From positions 29,872 to 93,871 of the forward strand of contig JAUYMS010000012.1 of the NCBI GenBank assembly GCA_030698625.1: DNA of 64,000 nucleotides, read 5' to 3'. A model generated the notes under the pieces. It was not told the DNA's origin. It did no database searches and saw only the letters and a program-made list of their open reading frames with translations. Shown here in pieces: positions 1-9,306 of the stretch (positions within the stretch are counted from its first letter, which is position 1; the number at the start of each line of letters is the position of its first letter). Source of the stretch: Candidatus Omnitrophota bacterium. Its GTDB lineage: Bacteria; Omnitrophota; Omnitrophia; Omnitrophales; Aquincolibacteriaceae. Position numbers and translations under genes: made by a program.

Positions 1-565
1 TCAAATCCGCCGCAAGTTTGGCATGTTATTTCAAGGGTCCGCCTTGTTCAACTCGATGTCGGTAGGCGATAACGTAGCTTTGCCTCTCCGGGAACATACG
101 GATCTTTCAGATCAAATCATTAAAATTATCGTGAAGGTCAAACTTGAACTCGTGGGCTTGACGGGTTTTGAGGATTTTATGCCTTACGAGATTTCGGGCG
201 GCATGAAGAAAAGGGTGGCTTTGGCCCGCGCCATCGCTTTAGACCCAAAGATCGTTTTTTATGACGAACCGGGCGCGGGGCTTGACCCTATTACTGCGAG
301 CATGATTGATCAGCTCATCCTCGACCTTAGCCAAAAGCTCAAAATTACTTCGGTGGTTGTGACGCACGAGATGAAGAGTGCGTTTCACATTGCGGATAAA
401 ATCATCGTTCTCCATAAAGGGAAGGTGATTCAGACCGGGACTAGCGAAGAAATTCAGAATTCAAAAAATCCTTACGTCAAGCAGTTCATTTCAGGGGAGC
501 CGGACGGTGCGATTCCCCTCAAGCAAACAAGCGAAGAATACTTAAAAGGGTTGCTCGAGACATAG
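1..565 (+). CDS. mlaF: ABC transporter ATP-binding protein, MlaF/Ttg2A type (5' end outside window)
   Basis: Q-loop GMLFQGSALF, signature ISGGMKKRVALARA, Walker B FYDEP, H-loop VTHE. Walker A is missing because the frame continues past the window start. Next gene is MCE family. Confidence 0.85.
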   Translation, partial: QIRRKFGMLFQGSALFNSMSVGDNVALPLREHTDLSDQIIKIIVKVKLELVGLTGFEDFMPYEISGGMKKRVALARAIALDPKIVFYDEPGAGLDPITASMIDQLILDLSQKLKITSVVVTHEMKSAFHIADKIIVLHKGKVIQTGTSEEIQNSKNPYVKQFISGEPDGAIPLKQTSEEYLKGLLET

Positions 566-583
566 GGCAGCCAGGAGAAAACC

Positions 584-1204
584 ATGGCCTATTCTACAGC
601 CGAAGTGAAATCCGGCGCTCTCATCATCGTCTCTTTTGCCCTGCTGCTAGGGCTCACCTTCTGGGTGGGGAACTTCACAGGGGGGGAAACGCAGAGTTAT
701 CATATTCGCTTTGGCTATATCAGCGGTTTGGAAAGGAATGCGCCCGTTTATTTCGGAGGCCATGAGGTTGGAAAGGTGTCCTCGATACGCATTCACCGCG
801 GTGAAGAGCGTCCCATCGTGGTTACGGTCAGCGTACCCTTGGAAATCGAAATTCGTGAGGGAGACCAGGCTTTTATCGATATGCTAGGAATGATGGGTGA
901 GAAAATCATAGAGATTCGTCCGAGCGCCGCAGCGACCAAGATCTTGTCGAGCGGCGGGCAGCTTGAAGGGACCGATCCTATTCCAATGTATCGTCTGATT
1001 CAGAAAATGGATCTTCTGGCGGACCGCATGGACGAACTAACGACCTCGCTGAATCCCATGATGACTCAGCTCGAGTCTTTACTCTCAGGCCATGAAGAGG
1101 AAATTGCGCGCATGATTGCTAATTTCGAGGAAACTTCCGCCAATATCAGGGATATGACAGGCGATCTCAAGTTCCGTCCCTGGAGATTACTACGCAAAGG
1201 TTGA
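584..1204 (+). CDS. mlaD: MlaD/MCE family substrate-binding protein
   Basis: N-terminal TM helix, MCE pattern GL..NAPV.FGG.EVGKV and GMMGEK.IEI.P, then a helical region; GGAG SD upstream. Confidence 0.85.
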   Translation: MAYSTAEVKSGALIIVSFALLLGLTFWVGNFTGGETQSYHIRFGYISGLERNAPVYFGGHEVGKVSSIRIHRGEERPIVVTVSVPLEIEIREGDQAFIDMLGMMGEKIIEIRPSAAATKILSSGGQLEGTDPIPMYRLIQKMDLLADRMDELTTSLNPMMTQLESLLSGHEEEIARMIANFEETSANIRDMTGDLKFRPWRLLRKG

Positions 1205-1214
1205 GTCGCGGCGA

Positions 1215-3086
1215 ATGATGCGACGCCATCAAAGGGTTATCCAGAACGTTCTCCTGCCGATCGCTGTCTCTCTGTCTCTATTCCTTCTTCACCATTTTCA
1301 ATTCGTCAATTTTCATGAGTTGGGGGCCGTTGATTTGCGCATGCGCCTGCGCGGAAATCGGCCCGCACACGCTGATATCCTTTTAGTCGAAATTGATGAT
1401 AAGAGCCTAGAAGAACTCGGCCCGCGACCATGGCCGCGAGCCCTGCACGCAAGGCTGATCAGCATTCTCGAAAAGTATCAACCTCGCTTTATCGTCTACG
1501 ATGTCTTATTTGCAGAACCCGGACCCTCGGTAAATGAAGACCAGGCTCTGGCCTTGGCTATGGAGAAATCAGCCAATGTCATCTTACCTTTTTATTATTA
1601 TTCAGAGACTCCGTTTAAGGCTTTCTATACTGCGAGACTTTTCCGCGAATCGGCCCGCGCTACGGGGTATGTGAACTTGGAGCCGGACTGGGACGGAAAA
1701 ATTCGTCGCGTCAAAGCCTTTTTGAAGACAGCGGAAGAAACCTATTATCATGTTTCGGTTCTAGCGGTGATGGCACAGTTTGTCGACGAAGAGCGGGCCG
1801 CCCAATGGTTGAATACAATTCCGCGAGATTCTGAAAACCGCTTTGCAATTCATTATCCGGGAAGCCTGGAGTCATTTCAGCGAGTTTCGTCCAGCGATAT
1901 CATTGAAGCAAGGGGGACCGAGCAGGAACCGGAGCTCAGACGGTTGATTGCCAACCGGGTTGTGGTAATCGGCGAGACGGCCACCGGGAGTACCGATACC
2001 AAACCGATCGCCTTTTCGGCGTATTATCCTGGCATGGCGATTCACGCTGCTGCGATATCTACGCTTCTTTCAGGGGATTACCTCAGACCCGTGAGTTCGC
2101 AAGTTCATCTGATCTTGTTGCTAGCACTGACTGTGGGAGTGGCTTGGATGGCGAAATTTTTTGGCCCATCCAAGAGTTTTCTGTGGACGATTTCGATGGT
2201 TGCCGGATACGGCGGTATCAATATCCTCATTTTCCATCTTTCGGGGTGGGTATTGCCCCTTTTTGTCCCGATCGCGGCGATGATTATTACTTACACTTTG
2301 TGGTTCTTTATGGAATACGTAACGGTTACCTTCGAGGGCCAGCTCCTGGGGCAAGAGTTGAACACAGCGGCGCGCATCCAAGAAACGTTTCTGCCGCAAC
2401 AGACCCCGCACTTTGAAAAGCTGGATGTCGCTTTTCACTGCCGATTTGCTGAGCAAGTGGGCGGGGATCTGTATGATTGGAGTGATTTCGGAAACGGGAT
2501 TTATGGCGTTTGTGTCGGGGACGTATCCGGAAAGGGAATCCCTGCGGCTTTGTATATGGCGCGTGCTATCAGTGATTTTCGCCGCGAAGTTCGAGTCGAG
2601 CTCGGTCCTTCCCAGGTGTTCGACACGCTGAACCGTATTCTTGCGCATGGCGGCGTCCCGGGAATGTTTCTTACTATGACTTATGCCTTGATTGATACAA
2701 AAAATAAGAAATTCTCTTACTGCAATGCGGCGCAGGAGCCTTTAGTGCTTTATCGGGAGTCGAAAAAAGACGCAGCGATTGTGACAGGGAAGAGAAATCC
2801 GCCTATCGGAGTATTCACCGACGCCACGTATGAGTTTGATGAATCTCCGATCGGAGAAGGAGATATGCTCGTTTTTTTGAGCGACGGTGTGAAGGAGCTG
2901 CGCAATCGAAAGGGGCAGGAGTTTGGGATGGAGAAAATTCGCTCTTATGTGGGACGCAATGCGTACGACTTTTCGGCAAATGAGATGGTTGTGGGTTTGT
3001 TCGATGAAATGGAGAAATATATGGGCGGTCGGTCCGCAAGAGACGATCGTACGTTGCTTTGTGTTAAGTTCGGAACGCGTTTTTAA
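1215..3086 (+). CDS. CHASE2 sensor domain + PP2C/SpoIIE-type (RsbU-like) Ser/Thr phosphatase
   Basis: CHASE2 motifs (VEIDDKSL..LG..PWPR..HA.LI, D.DG.IRR, PG..IHA), three TM helices, PP2C motifs VGGDLYD, GDVSGKG, SDG, DDRT. Confidence 0.9.
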   Translation: MMRRHQRVIQNVLLPIAVSLSLFLLHHFQFVNFHELGAVDLRMRLRGNRPAHADILLVEIDDKSLEELGPRPWPRALHARLISILEKYQPRFIVYDVLFAEPGPSVNEDQALALAMEKSANVILPFYYYSETPFKAFYTARLFRESARATGYVNLEPDWDGKIRRVKAFLKTAEETYYHVSVLAVMAQFVDEERAAQWLNTIPRDSENRFAIHYPGSLESFQRVSSSDIIEARGTEQEPELRRLIANRVVVIGETATGSTDTKPIAFSAYYPGMAIHAAAISTLLSGDYLRPVSSQVHLILLLALTVGVAWMAKFFGPSKSFLWTISMVAGYGGINILIFHLSGWVLPLFVPIAAMIITYTLWFFMEYVTVTFEGQLLGQELNTAARIQETFLPQQTPHFEKLDVAFHCRFAEQVGGDLYDWSDFGNGIYGVCVGDVSGKGIPAALYMARAISDFRREVRVELGPSQVFDTLNRILAHGGVPGMFLTMTYALIDTKNKKFSYCNAAQEPLVLYRESKKDAAIVTGKRNPPIGVFTDATYEFDESPIGEGDMLVFLSDGVKELRNRKGQEFGMEKIRSYVGRNAYDFSANEMVVGLFDEMEKYMGGRSARDDRTLLCVKFGTRF

Positions 3087-3097
3087 GGGAGGCTACT

Positions 3098-3457
3098 ATG
3101 GCTAAACGTTTGAGGGTTGTATCCGCGATGGGACTTATTGCGGCACTGCTTTTTTTCTCGGTTACTGCGCATGCTGGGGAGGAAACCCTTGGGGATTATA
3201 GCGCAGAAATCGGCACCAAATTTGGACGAGGGCTTGTAAATATCGTATCCAGTCTTGCCGAAATTCCCTGTACCATAGCCGATGATGTAAAAGACACCGG
3301 CGCGGTTGGTTCCATCACCGGTTTTGGGAAGGGACTCGCTTTCATGCTTCGCCGTATTCTTGTCGGGGTAACGGAAGTTGGAACTTTCATGATCCCCATG
3401 GAAAGGACCATCCCGCCGGTCTGTCAGAGCCCATCACCGTCTATCGCACAGCAATAG
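3098..3457 (+). CDS. exported small protein, TIGR04073-like (exosortase-system-associated) family
   Basis: Signal peptide ending AHA; pattern KFGRGLVN....EIP...G...G...R...GV.EV.TF; GGAGG SD. Confidence 0.65.
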   Translation: MAKRLRVVSAMGLIAALLFFSVTAHAGEETLGDYSAEIGTKFGRGLVNIVSSLAEIPCTIADDVKDTGAVGSITGFGKGLAFMLRRILVGVTEVGTFMIPMERTIPPVCQSPSPSIAQQ

Positions 3458-3465
3458 GTCATTGT

Positions 3466-4197
3466 GTGATACGAGAATTCCTGGAAGCGGCAAAATTTTT
3501 GACGGCCATACCGTTGCCGTCTGCGAGACACTCAGCTAAGCGTTTGGCTAAAGGGGCGCTCTTCTTCCCTGTTATCGGCCTTCTTATCGGAGTCCTATCA
3601 GTCGGTCTATACCTTCTGTTGAAACCGTTCGTCATCACCCCAGTCGCAGACTTTATCTTGCTCGCAATGCCCATTTTGCTGAGTGGGGGACTGCATTTGG
3701 ACGGATTGGCCGATACTTGTGATGGTTTTTTTGGCGGACGCACGCGTGAGGATGTGTTGCGTATCATGAAAGATTCGCGGCTGGGCGTGTGGGGGGTGGC
3801 GGGGGTCGTGGGACTGCTTTTGCTGAAGTTCGAGCTCTTGCAGGCATTGCCGTCAAAACTCCCGGTTTTTGTTCTGGCCCTTGTTCTCTCGCGCTGGGCT
3901 CAGGTCGTCTTATGCTATTTCATGTCGTATGCCGGAAACGGCGGCGGACTTGCCGATTCTGTGGTCGGCCATATCGGCATTCGGGAGCTGGTCGGCGCAA
4001 GTTTTTTTATGTGTCTCGGAGTCATAGTCCTGTCGTGGCCGGGTTTCCTGTGCCTGCTGGCCGTGATCATCCTGCTAGGGGTGCTCGGCTTTTTGTATCA
4101 GCAGCGAATAGGCGGCACAACGGGCGATACCGTGGGTGCTGCCAGCGAACTCATTGAGGTGCTTACCTTCCTCGTTGTGACGAGTATCTACCGCTGA
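3466..4197 (+). CDS. cobS: adenosylcobinamide-GDP ribazoletransferase (cobalamin synthase)
   Basis: FLT.IP, GGLHLDGLADTCDG, IMKDSRLG, GG.TGDT.GA..E motifs; polytopic membrane protein. Confidence 0.95.
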   Translation: MIREFLEAAKFLTAIPLPSARHSAKRLAKGALFFPVIGLLIGVLSVGLYLLLKPFVITPVADFILLAMPILLSGGLHLDGLADTCDGFFGGRTREDVLRIMKDSRLGVWGVAGVVGLLLLKFELLQALPSKLPVFVLALVLSRWAQVVLCYFMSYAGNGGGLADSVVGHIGIRELVGASFFMCLGVIVLSWPGFLCLLAVIILLGVLGFLYQQRIGGTTGDTVGAASELIEVLTFLVVTSIYR

Positions 4198-4226
4198 CCC
4201 CCTAGATCTGTTATTATGCACCTCCT

Positions 4227-5333
4227 ATGGCCTTATTGTCCCATGGTGGTGATCTGAAGTCGTTTGCGGAGCGGTATGGGCTCCGCGAAGATGAAATACG
4301 CGATTTTTCGAGTAATCGAAATCCCCTTGGCTTGCCGGACACCGTCGAAAAACTATTCCCTCATTTGCTAAAAGACCTTGGGCGTCATCCGGATCCGGAG
4401 GCCCGCGATCTGAGATGCGAAATTGCCCGAAAATATCCTCTCTGGCCCGAGAATGTAATTGCCGGCAACGGGTCAATTGCGATATTGCTCCTGGCGTTGC
4501 GCACGCTCGGGTCCCGACGTGCATTGTTAATCGAACCTTGTTTCTCCGAATATCGCCGCTTGCTCAATCAAGTCGGTGCTGAAATTCACAGTGTTCCACT
4601 CAAAGAGAGCGAGGGGTTTGGGTTTTCAGTTTCTCGGATTATAAACGCCATGCGCGGAGTGGATCTGCTGATCCTCGGACATCCGAACAATCCTACAGGA
4701 ACTGCGCTTTCACGCGCAGAGCTTCTCGAAGTTATCAGCGAAGCGCGCAGGCTCAGCGTTTTTGTGATTATCGATGAGGCCTTTGTTGATTGGTGCCCGG
4801 AATTGTCGATTGCCCAGGAAGTAAAGGACAACTCGTATTTTCTCATATTGCGTTCCATGACCAAGTTTTATTCATTGCCCGGCATTCGGGCCGGATACGC
4901 GCTTGGTTCCCGCAAACTCATCGAAAAGATGGCTTATGCTCAGGAAACTTGGTCCTGTAATCGAATTGCGCAGCGACTCGCGATTGAAGCCCTGCGGGAT
5001 CAGACTTTTCAGTCTCGCAGTCTCGAATGGTTTGAGAAGGAGTCAAAGTGGTTTCGCTCGACGATTGAACAGTCATCTGAATACAGGATTTTCCCGAGTT
5101 GGGCGAATTTCTTCCTTATCAAGCAAAAGCGTTCAGCGGAGCGAAAGGGGTTTTTTGACGACATGGGTCGCTCGGGAATTTATTTGCGAGAACTCCACCT
5201 TTTTCCCGGGCTAGGGCATGCTTATTTCCGAGCGGCACTCGGCTTGCGTTCAGACAATGAACTGTTGATAAGTCGTCTGGAAGAATGGGCCTGTCAAACT
5301 TCTCTGGCTCAGAGCCCCACCGCCGCCGTCTGA
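4227..5333 (+). CDS. cobD: L-threonine-O-3-phosphate decarboxylase (PLP-dependent)
   Basis: HGG N-terminus, DFS.N.NP.G, GNG, PNNPTG, DEAF, RSMTKFYSLPGIR.GY (PLP Lys); lies between cobS and cbiB. Confidence 0.9.
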   Translation: MALLSHGGDLKSFAERYGLREDEIRDFSSNRNPLGLPDTVEKLFPHLLKDLGRHPDPEARDLRCEIARKYPLWPENVIAGNGSIAILLLALRTLGSRRALLIEPCFSEYRRLLNQVGAEIHSVPLKESEGFGFSVSRIINAMRGVDLLILGHPNNPTGTALSRAELLEVISEARRLSVFVIIDEAFVDWCPELSIAQEVKDNSYFLILRSMTKFYSLPGIRAGYALGSRKLIEKMAYAQETWSCNRIAQRLAIEALRDQTFQSRSLEWFEKESKWFRSTIEQSSEYRIFPSWANFFLIKQKRSAERKGFFDDMGRSGIYLRELHLFPGLGHAYFRAALGLRSDNELLISRLEEWACQTSLAQSPTAAV

Positions 5334-6292
5334 CCAGTTTCGTGGACGTAACCTCTCTTATTCTCATGGGTGCTTTTCTGGCGGATTGGTTTCTCGGCGA
5401 TCCCGTATACCGCTATCATCCTATCCGTCTCATGGGCAGGGCGATTACGTGGGGCGAGAACCGCATTCGCGGGGTCCTCTCACATACGTTTCTAGAGGGT
5501 GCGGTTTTGGCGCTGTTGTTTCCGGTTATTGTTTTTGGCATATCCGCACTAATCGTTACGCTCTCTTACCGGATTCACTTCGGCCTAGGGTTTTTGGTTT
5601 CTCTCTATGGCATCTATACTGCGCTTTCCGTCAAAGACCTTCGCGATGAAGGACTTCGTGTCTACCGTGCCTGTTGCGAAGAAGACCTGGGTTTGGCGCG
5701 TCGCGAGGTCTCGAGAATCGTGGGGCGCGATACGGCAGATATGCAGCTTCCGGATGTGCAGCGCGCCGCCGTCGAAACGATCGCCGAGAGTACCGTTGAC
5801 GGCGTGATTGCCCCATTGTTTTATGCGGTCCTTGGAGGAGCGCCGCTGGCCTTAACTTACAAAGCTGTGAATACATTGGATTCAATAATCGGAAATCGTA
5901 ACGAAAAATATCACGAGTTCGGCCGTTTTGCAGCCAAGCAGGACGAAGTCTGGAATTGGGTCCCGTCGAGGTTCTCCTACGTTTTGATTGCCTTGGCAGC
6001 GTTGCTGAGTGGTTGCCGAGGAGCGTGTGCCTTAAAAGTAGGTTGGAGCCATGTTTGTAAAATTCGTTCGACAAGCAGCAATGTGAGCGAATCCGCGTAC
6101 GCGGGTGCACTCGGTCTACAACTGGGTGGGCCAAGCCGCTATGGCGGACAAATCAGGCACAAACCGCTTCTGGGAATCGCTGATCGAGATGTGGCATGCG
6201 CGGATATCCTAAGGAGTCTGCGTCTCATGCGGTCTACAGCTTGGGTATCATTGATTTTATTTCTTTTTTTAAGATATACTATGTCCTTATGA
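5285..6292 (+). CDS. cbiB: adenosylcobinamide-phosphate synthase
   Basis: D..LGDP...HP, IVGRDT, E..AES..DG..APLFY, YKAVNTLDS, FG.FAA..D...NW.P.R. True start may be somewhat downstream of 5285. Confidence 0.93.
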   Translation: MGLSNFSGSEPHRRRLTSFVDVTSLILMGAFLADWFLGDPVYRYHPIRLMGRAITWGENRIRGVLSHTFLEGAVLALLFPVIVFGISALIVTLSYRIHFGLGFLVSLYGIYTALSVKDLRDEGLRVYRACCEEDLGLARREVSRIVGRDTADMQLPDVQRAAVETIAESTVDGVIAPLFYAVLGGAPLALTYKAVNTLDSIIGNRNEKYHEFGRFAAKQDEVWNWVPSRFSYVLIALAALLSGCRGACALKVGWSHVCKIRSTSSNVSESAYAGALGLQLGGPSRYGGQIRHKPLLGIADRDVACADILRSLRLMRSTAWVSLILFLFLRYTMSL

Positions 6293-6600
6293 AGCGCGCC
6301 TATATTGTCTTATCCAATAGTTCGGCCAAGCGGGGATTGGAAGCGCGGCGCGTCCTTTTGGAACACGCCGATGCCGGCGGTGATACCTGTATCGAAGTGG
6401 TTTCAAAAGGTGCTGATACTGCCTATTTTGAGAAGGCTGTGCGGCGCTGTATCAAGCGGGGATTTGAGAGCATGTTTATTTTTTCACTCGGTAAGTTAAC
6501 GCGGACACAAGAATGCGGAGTTTATCCGGAGACTGTGCGATTGATTCGCCGTGAACGCCCCGATATCGATTTTCATTTTGCCGGCCGGCTACGAATGTAA
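6289..6600 (+). CDS. small CbiX/SirB-fold-like protein, apparently lacking the chelatase histidines
   Basis: ATGA overlap with the cbiB stop; 103 aa with a CbiX(S)-like layout (IVLSNSS vs LVGHGS; ..AV.RCI..G...; P.....I....PDIDF.FA..L). Confidence 0.45.
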   Translation: MKRAYIVLSNSSAKRGLEARRVLLEHADAGGDTCIEVVSKGADTAYFEKAVRRCIKRGFESMFIFSLGKLTRTQECGVYPETVRLIRRERPDIDFHFAGRLRM

Positions 6601-6612
6601 GGAAAGTTACTT

Positions 6613-6942
6613 ATGAGTGATAATCCATCCGTCACTGCTTATAAAAAACATGTATTTGTCTGCACGGGACCGCGTTGTGCTCCTGAGGAAGGTTCACGAC
6701 TCTATAAACGGTTCAAGGAGCGGCTCAAGGAGCTCGGACTACACGAAGGGCCCGATAGGATAGCTCGCAGCCAGGCCCATTGTTTCGGTATATGTAAGGG
6801 GGGTCCCTTAGCGGTCGTCTATCCCGAAGGTGTTTGGTATCATCACCTTACCGATGAATTGATGGATCGGGTGATCGAGGAACATTTGAGGCAGGGAAAG
6901 CCGGTGGAGGAGGGGGTCTTTCATGTCCAAGACTCTGAATAG
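6613..6942 (+). CDS. thioredoxin-like [2Fe-2S] ferredoxin
   Basis: HVFVC....C ... CFGIC.GGP..VVYPEGVWY ... I.EEHL..G.PV. Confidence 0.9.
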   Translation: MSDNPSVTAYKKHVFVCTGPRCAPEEGSRLYKRFKERLKELGLHEGPDRIARSQAHCFGICKGGPLAVVYPEGVWYHHLTDELMDRVIEEHLRQGKPVEEGVFHVQDSE

Positions 6943-7177
6943 GTGCCTATACCTAGTCATTAGTGGTGTCCTGTTGAGTAATCCCGTATGGGCAGAGGTT
7001 GAGGCAATTCCGGCTTCCTGGCAGCAGATCACGGTTTCTCTGGAGCGCAGCCAGCTTCGGGCCGGCAGAATCCAGAAGAAGTCGCGTGAGGCCCTTGCGA
7101 TTTGTGACGAAATCTTGGAGGAAATCGACCAACTTCAGGTATGGTCCCGCCGCTACACGCGCAAGAAGAGCCCCTAG
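6923..7177 (+). CDS. hypothetical small exported helical protein
   Basis: Signal-peptide-like N-terminus ending VWA; overlaps the ferredoxin 3' end. Confidence 0.5.
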   Translation: MSKTLNRCLYLVISGVLLSNPVWAEVEAIPASWQQITVSLERSQLRAGRIQKKSREALAICDEILEEIDQLQVWSRRYTRKKSP

Positions 7178-7199
7178 CGCTATTTGGTCAGGTTGCGCC

Positions 7200-7227
7200 T
7201 TGACTGAAGGGGCGTGATGGCTATAAT
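7200..7227 (+). promoter_or_regulatory. sigma70-type promoter
   Basis: TTGACT-16nt-TATAAT upstream of the 7256 gene. Confidence 0.6.
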
Positions 7228-7255
7228 ATTCGTCTGTTCATTGTGAGGAGAGAAG

Positions 7256-7603
7256 ATGACGATTTCGACCGACGGTGAAACCGAATCCAAACAAGATCCT
7301 GAACTTCAGGATGGCAAATTTTTTGCAGCGATAGGCTATCTCAGCATCCTCTGTTTCGTGCCTTTGTCGCTAAAAAAGAACAATAAATTTGCTCAATTTC
7401 ACGGTAAACAAGCTCTGGTTTTATTTATCCTGGAGCTTGCCGCAAGCATCCTCAAGGTCGTGCCCGCCTTAGGCGATCTCATCTTTACGGTTGCTTTTGT
7501 CGTCTTCGGCATTCTCTCTCTGATCGGAATCACCAAGGTTCTGATGGGAGAATTTTGGGAAATGCCTGTGATCTCAGACATCGCCAGCAAGATATCTCTC
7601 TAA
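7256..7603 (+). CDS. DUF4870/Tic20-like small membrane protein
   Basis: AAIGYL......PL......FAQFH.KQA and G....MPVI pattern, three hydrophobic segments; GAGGAG SD. Confidence 0.75.
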   Translation: MTISTDGETESKQDPELQDGKFFAAIGYLSILCFVPLSLKKNNKFAQFHGKQALVLFILELAASILKVVPALGDLIFTVAFVVFGILSLIGITKVLMGEFWEMPVISDIASKISL

Positions 7604-7647
7604 AGTAGTTTCGTTTCTGACCTACCGTTGTCCCTATACATCGCGTC

Positions 7648-9306
7648 ATGGGGAAAGGACTTTTTTGCATGCTTCTCGGTAACAAAAAAACACAGAGAGA
7701 GGAACAGAACTGGTGTATTGTTCTGAGCCCGCTCCGCAATGAGATCGACAAGAAGAGAGTTTCCCGAAAGATATCGGGTGTCTTTTCGCTGTCTGCCGAA
7801 GAGGCTACCGATCTTGTTTCCAATACCCCGATCATTCTTCTCGATAATTTAACGCGTTCGGTTGCGGTAGAAATCAAAGAATATTTTCGGTCCGCCGGCG
7901 CGGAAATGATTCTTACCAACGACGTTTTTCTCAAGAGAAAGTGCTACCGAACAGTATGGCCGGAACCTCCGAATTTATCATTTTTGAATCAAAAATCCCA
8001 AGAAACGTCAGGCCTGCAAAGGCCGCCTGTCGAAGCCGAAGAAGTTCTAAACCCCGAAGATGCTTTGGCTCAAATTCGCACGCTTTCCGCCGAGGCGCCT
8101 CGGAAGCCAGAAGCAACGCCGATTCCCCAGTCGTATGGAATGCGTGATTCCGAGCGGCAAGATCTTCTTGAGGAAGCCGATAGGTGGCGTCGCGAGTGCA
8201 CTGCTCGCCGGGTAGAGATCGAGAAGTTGCAGCATCAACTTGAGCAGGCGACAAAACAGTTATCGATCCAGCAGTTGCCGTCACTCGACCAGACGGCCAC
8301 GCTTAAGGAGAGAGAAAAGGAAATCGCTGACATGCGGGGTCTTCTGACCAGCTCGCAGGAGAAATATGATGCACTGCGTGAGGAATATCGCGAGACCCGC
8401 GCCTTGCTGGAAGAGAAGGTGGCTGGTGCTAACGAGGATAAAGATCGTGAATCACGGACAACTCGGGATTTGATGCGGAAGTGGGAATCCTCACGGGATA
8501 TGGTTCGCGATGTCGAGGTCAAGATCGCCGAGAGCGAAAGTGCGAGGGTTGAGTTGATGAACTCTCTTGCCGAACTGCAAGGCAGAATCGATCAGGCGGA
8601 AGAAAAGATTAATATTCTGGAGCGAGCCAAAGAAAGCTTGGAGCGGGCGCTGAATGAGCAGACTGAGCTTGCTTCCTCATGGCGGGAGCGGTTCGAAGGA
8701 CTAAACGGAAAATTTGATTCTCTCAATGCCGAGCAGAACGAGGAGAGACTCAGGCGCGAAGATGAGCTGGTGAAGATCCGCGAGATCGAGCTAGAAAAAG
8801 ATGATCTCTCAAATAAGCTTGCCGACAGTCAACGGCGTTACGACGATGTTGAGATGAAGTTGCGGGAGTCCCAGAATACGGTTGATCATCTTTTGCGCGA
8901 AAAAGAGGAACAGGAGAGTCTTGCTCAGGAGCAGTGGAGCAATCGCCAGGAGCGTGAGCGTGAGCTGGAGGAGACCAGGCGCCAGCTGCGTACGATCAAT
9001 TTCCAGGCGGAGCAGCGTGAAGCCGCTAATAAGCGGACCTACATGGCCAATCGCATTGCCGAAAGGGAAATGCAATTAAAGAAATTGGTGCGCGAGCAAG
9101 AAAGAATCGAGTCCGAGATCAGAGATCGTGAGCAGTCTATGCGTGAGACCCTCTCGGAGCAGGAGCGCTTGGAAAAGGAAATTGTGGAGTGTAAACAGAC
9201 CCAGCGTCATCTCGTGGAGCAGGTCAAGAAGGAAAAACTTCCTCGCTTGCGCGTTACTAAAACAGAAAATGGTGCGAATATGTCTGAGCAGACGGAGGGT
9301 GTATGA
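7648..9306 (+). CDS. long coiled-coil protein with N-terminal L7/L12-CTD-like domain
   Basis: About 380 aa of E/R/K/L/Q-rich heptads; N-terminal LSAEEATDLVSNTPIILLDNLTRSVAVEIKEYFRSAGAE resembles the L7/L12 C-terminal fold. Confidence 0.7.
   Translation: MGKGLFCMLLGNKKTQREEQNWCIVLSPLRNEIDKKRVSRKISGVFSLSAEEATDLVSNTPIILLDNLTRSVAVEIKEYFRSAGAEMILTNDVFLKRKCYRTVWPEPPNLSFLNQKSQETSGLQRPPVEAEEVLNPEDALAQIRTLSAEAPRKPEATPIPQSYGMRDSERQDLLEEADRWRRECTARRVEIEKLQHQLEQATKQLSIQQLPSLDQTATLKEREKEIADMRGLLTSSQEKYDALREEYRETRALLEEKVAGANEDKDRESRTTRDLMRKWESSRDMVRDVEVKIAESESARVELMNSLAELQGRIDQAEEKINILERAKESLERALNEQTELASSWRERFEGLNGKFDSLNAEQNEERLRREDELVKIREIELEKDDLSNKLADSQRRYDDVEMKLRESQNTVDHLLREKEEQESLAQEQWSNRQERERELEETRRQLRTINFQAEQREAANKRTYMANRIAEREMQLKKLVREQERIESEIRDREQSMRETLSEQERLEKEIVECKQTQRHLVEQVKKEKLPRLRVTKTENGANMSEQTEGV

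Noticed and set aside
3420-4226. Cobalamin riboswitch near cobS/cobD
   Set aside because: The intergenic gaps are 8 and 29 nt and no B12 box is visible.
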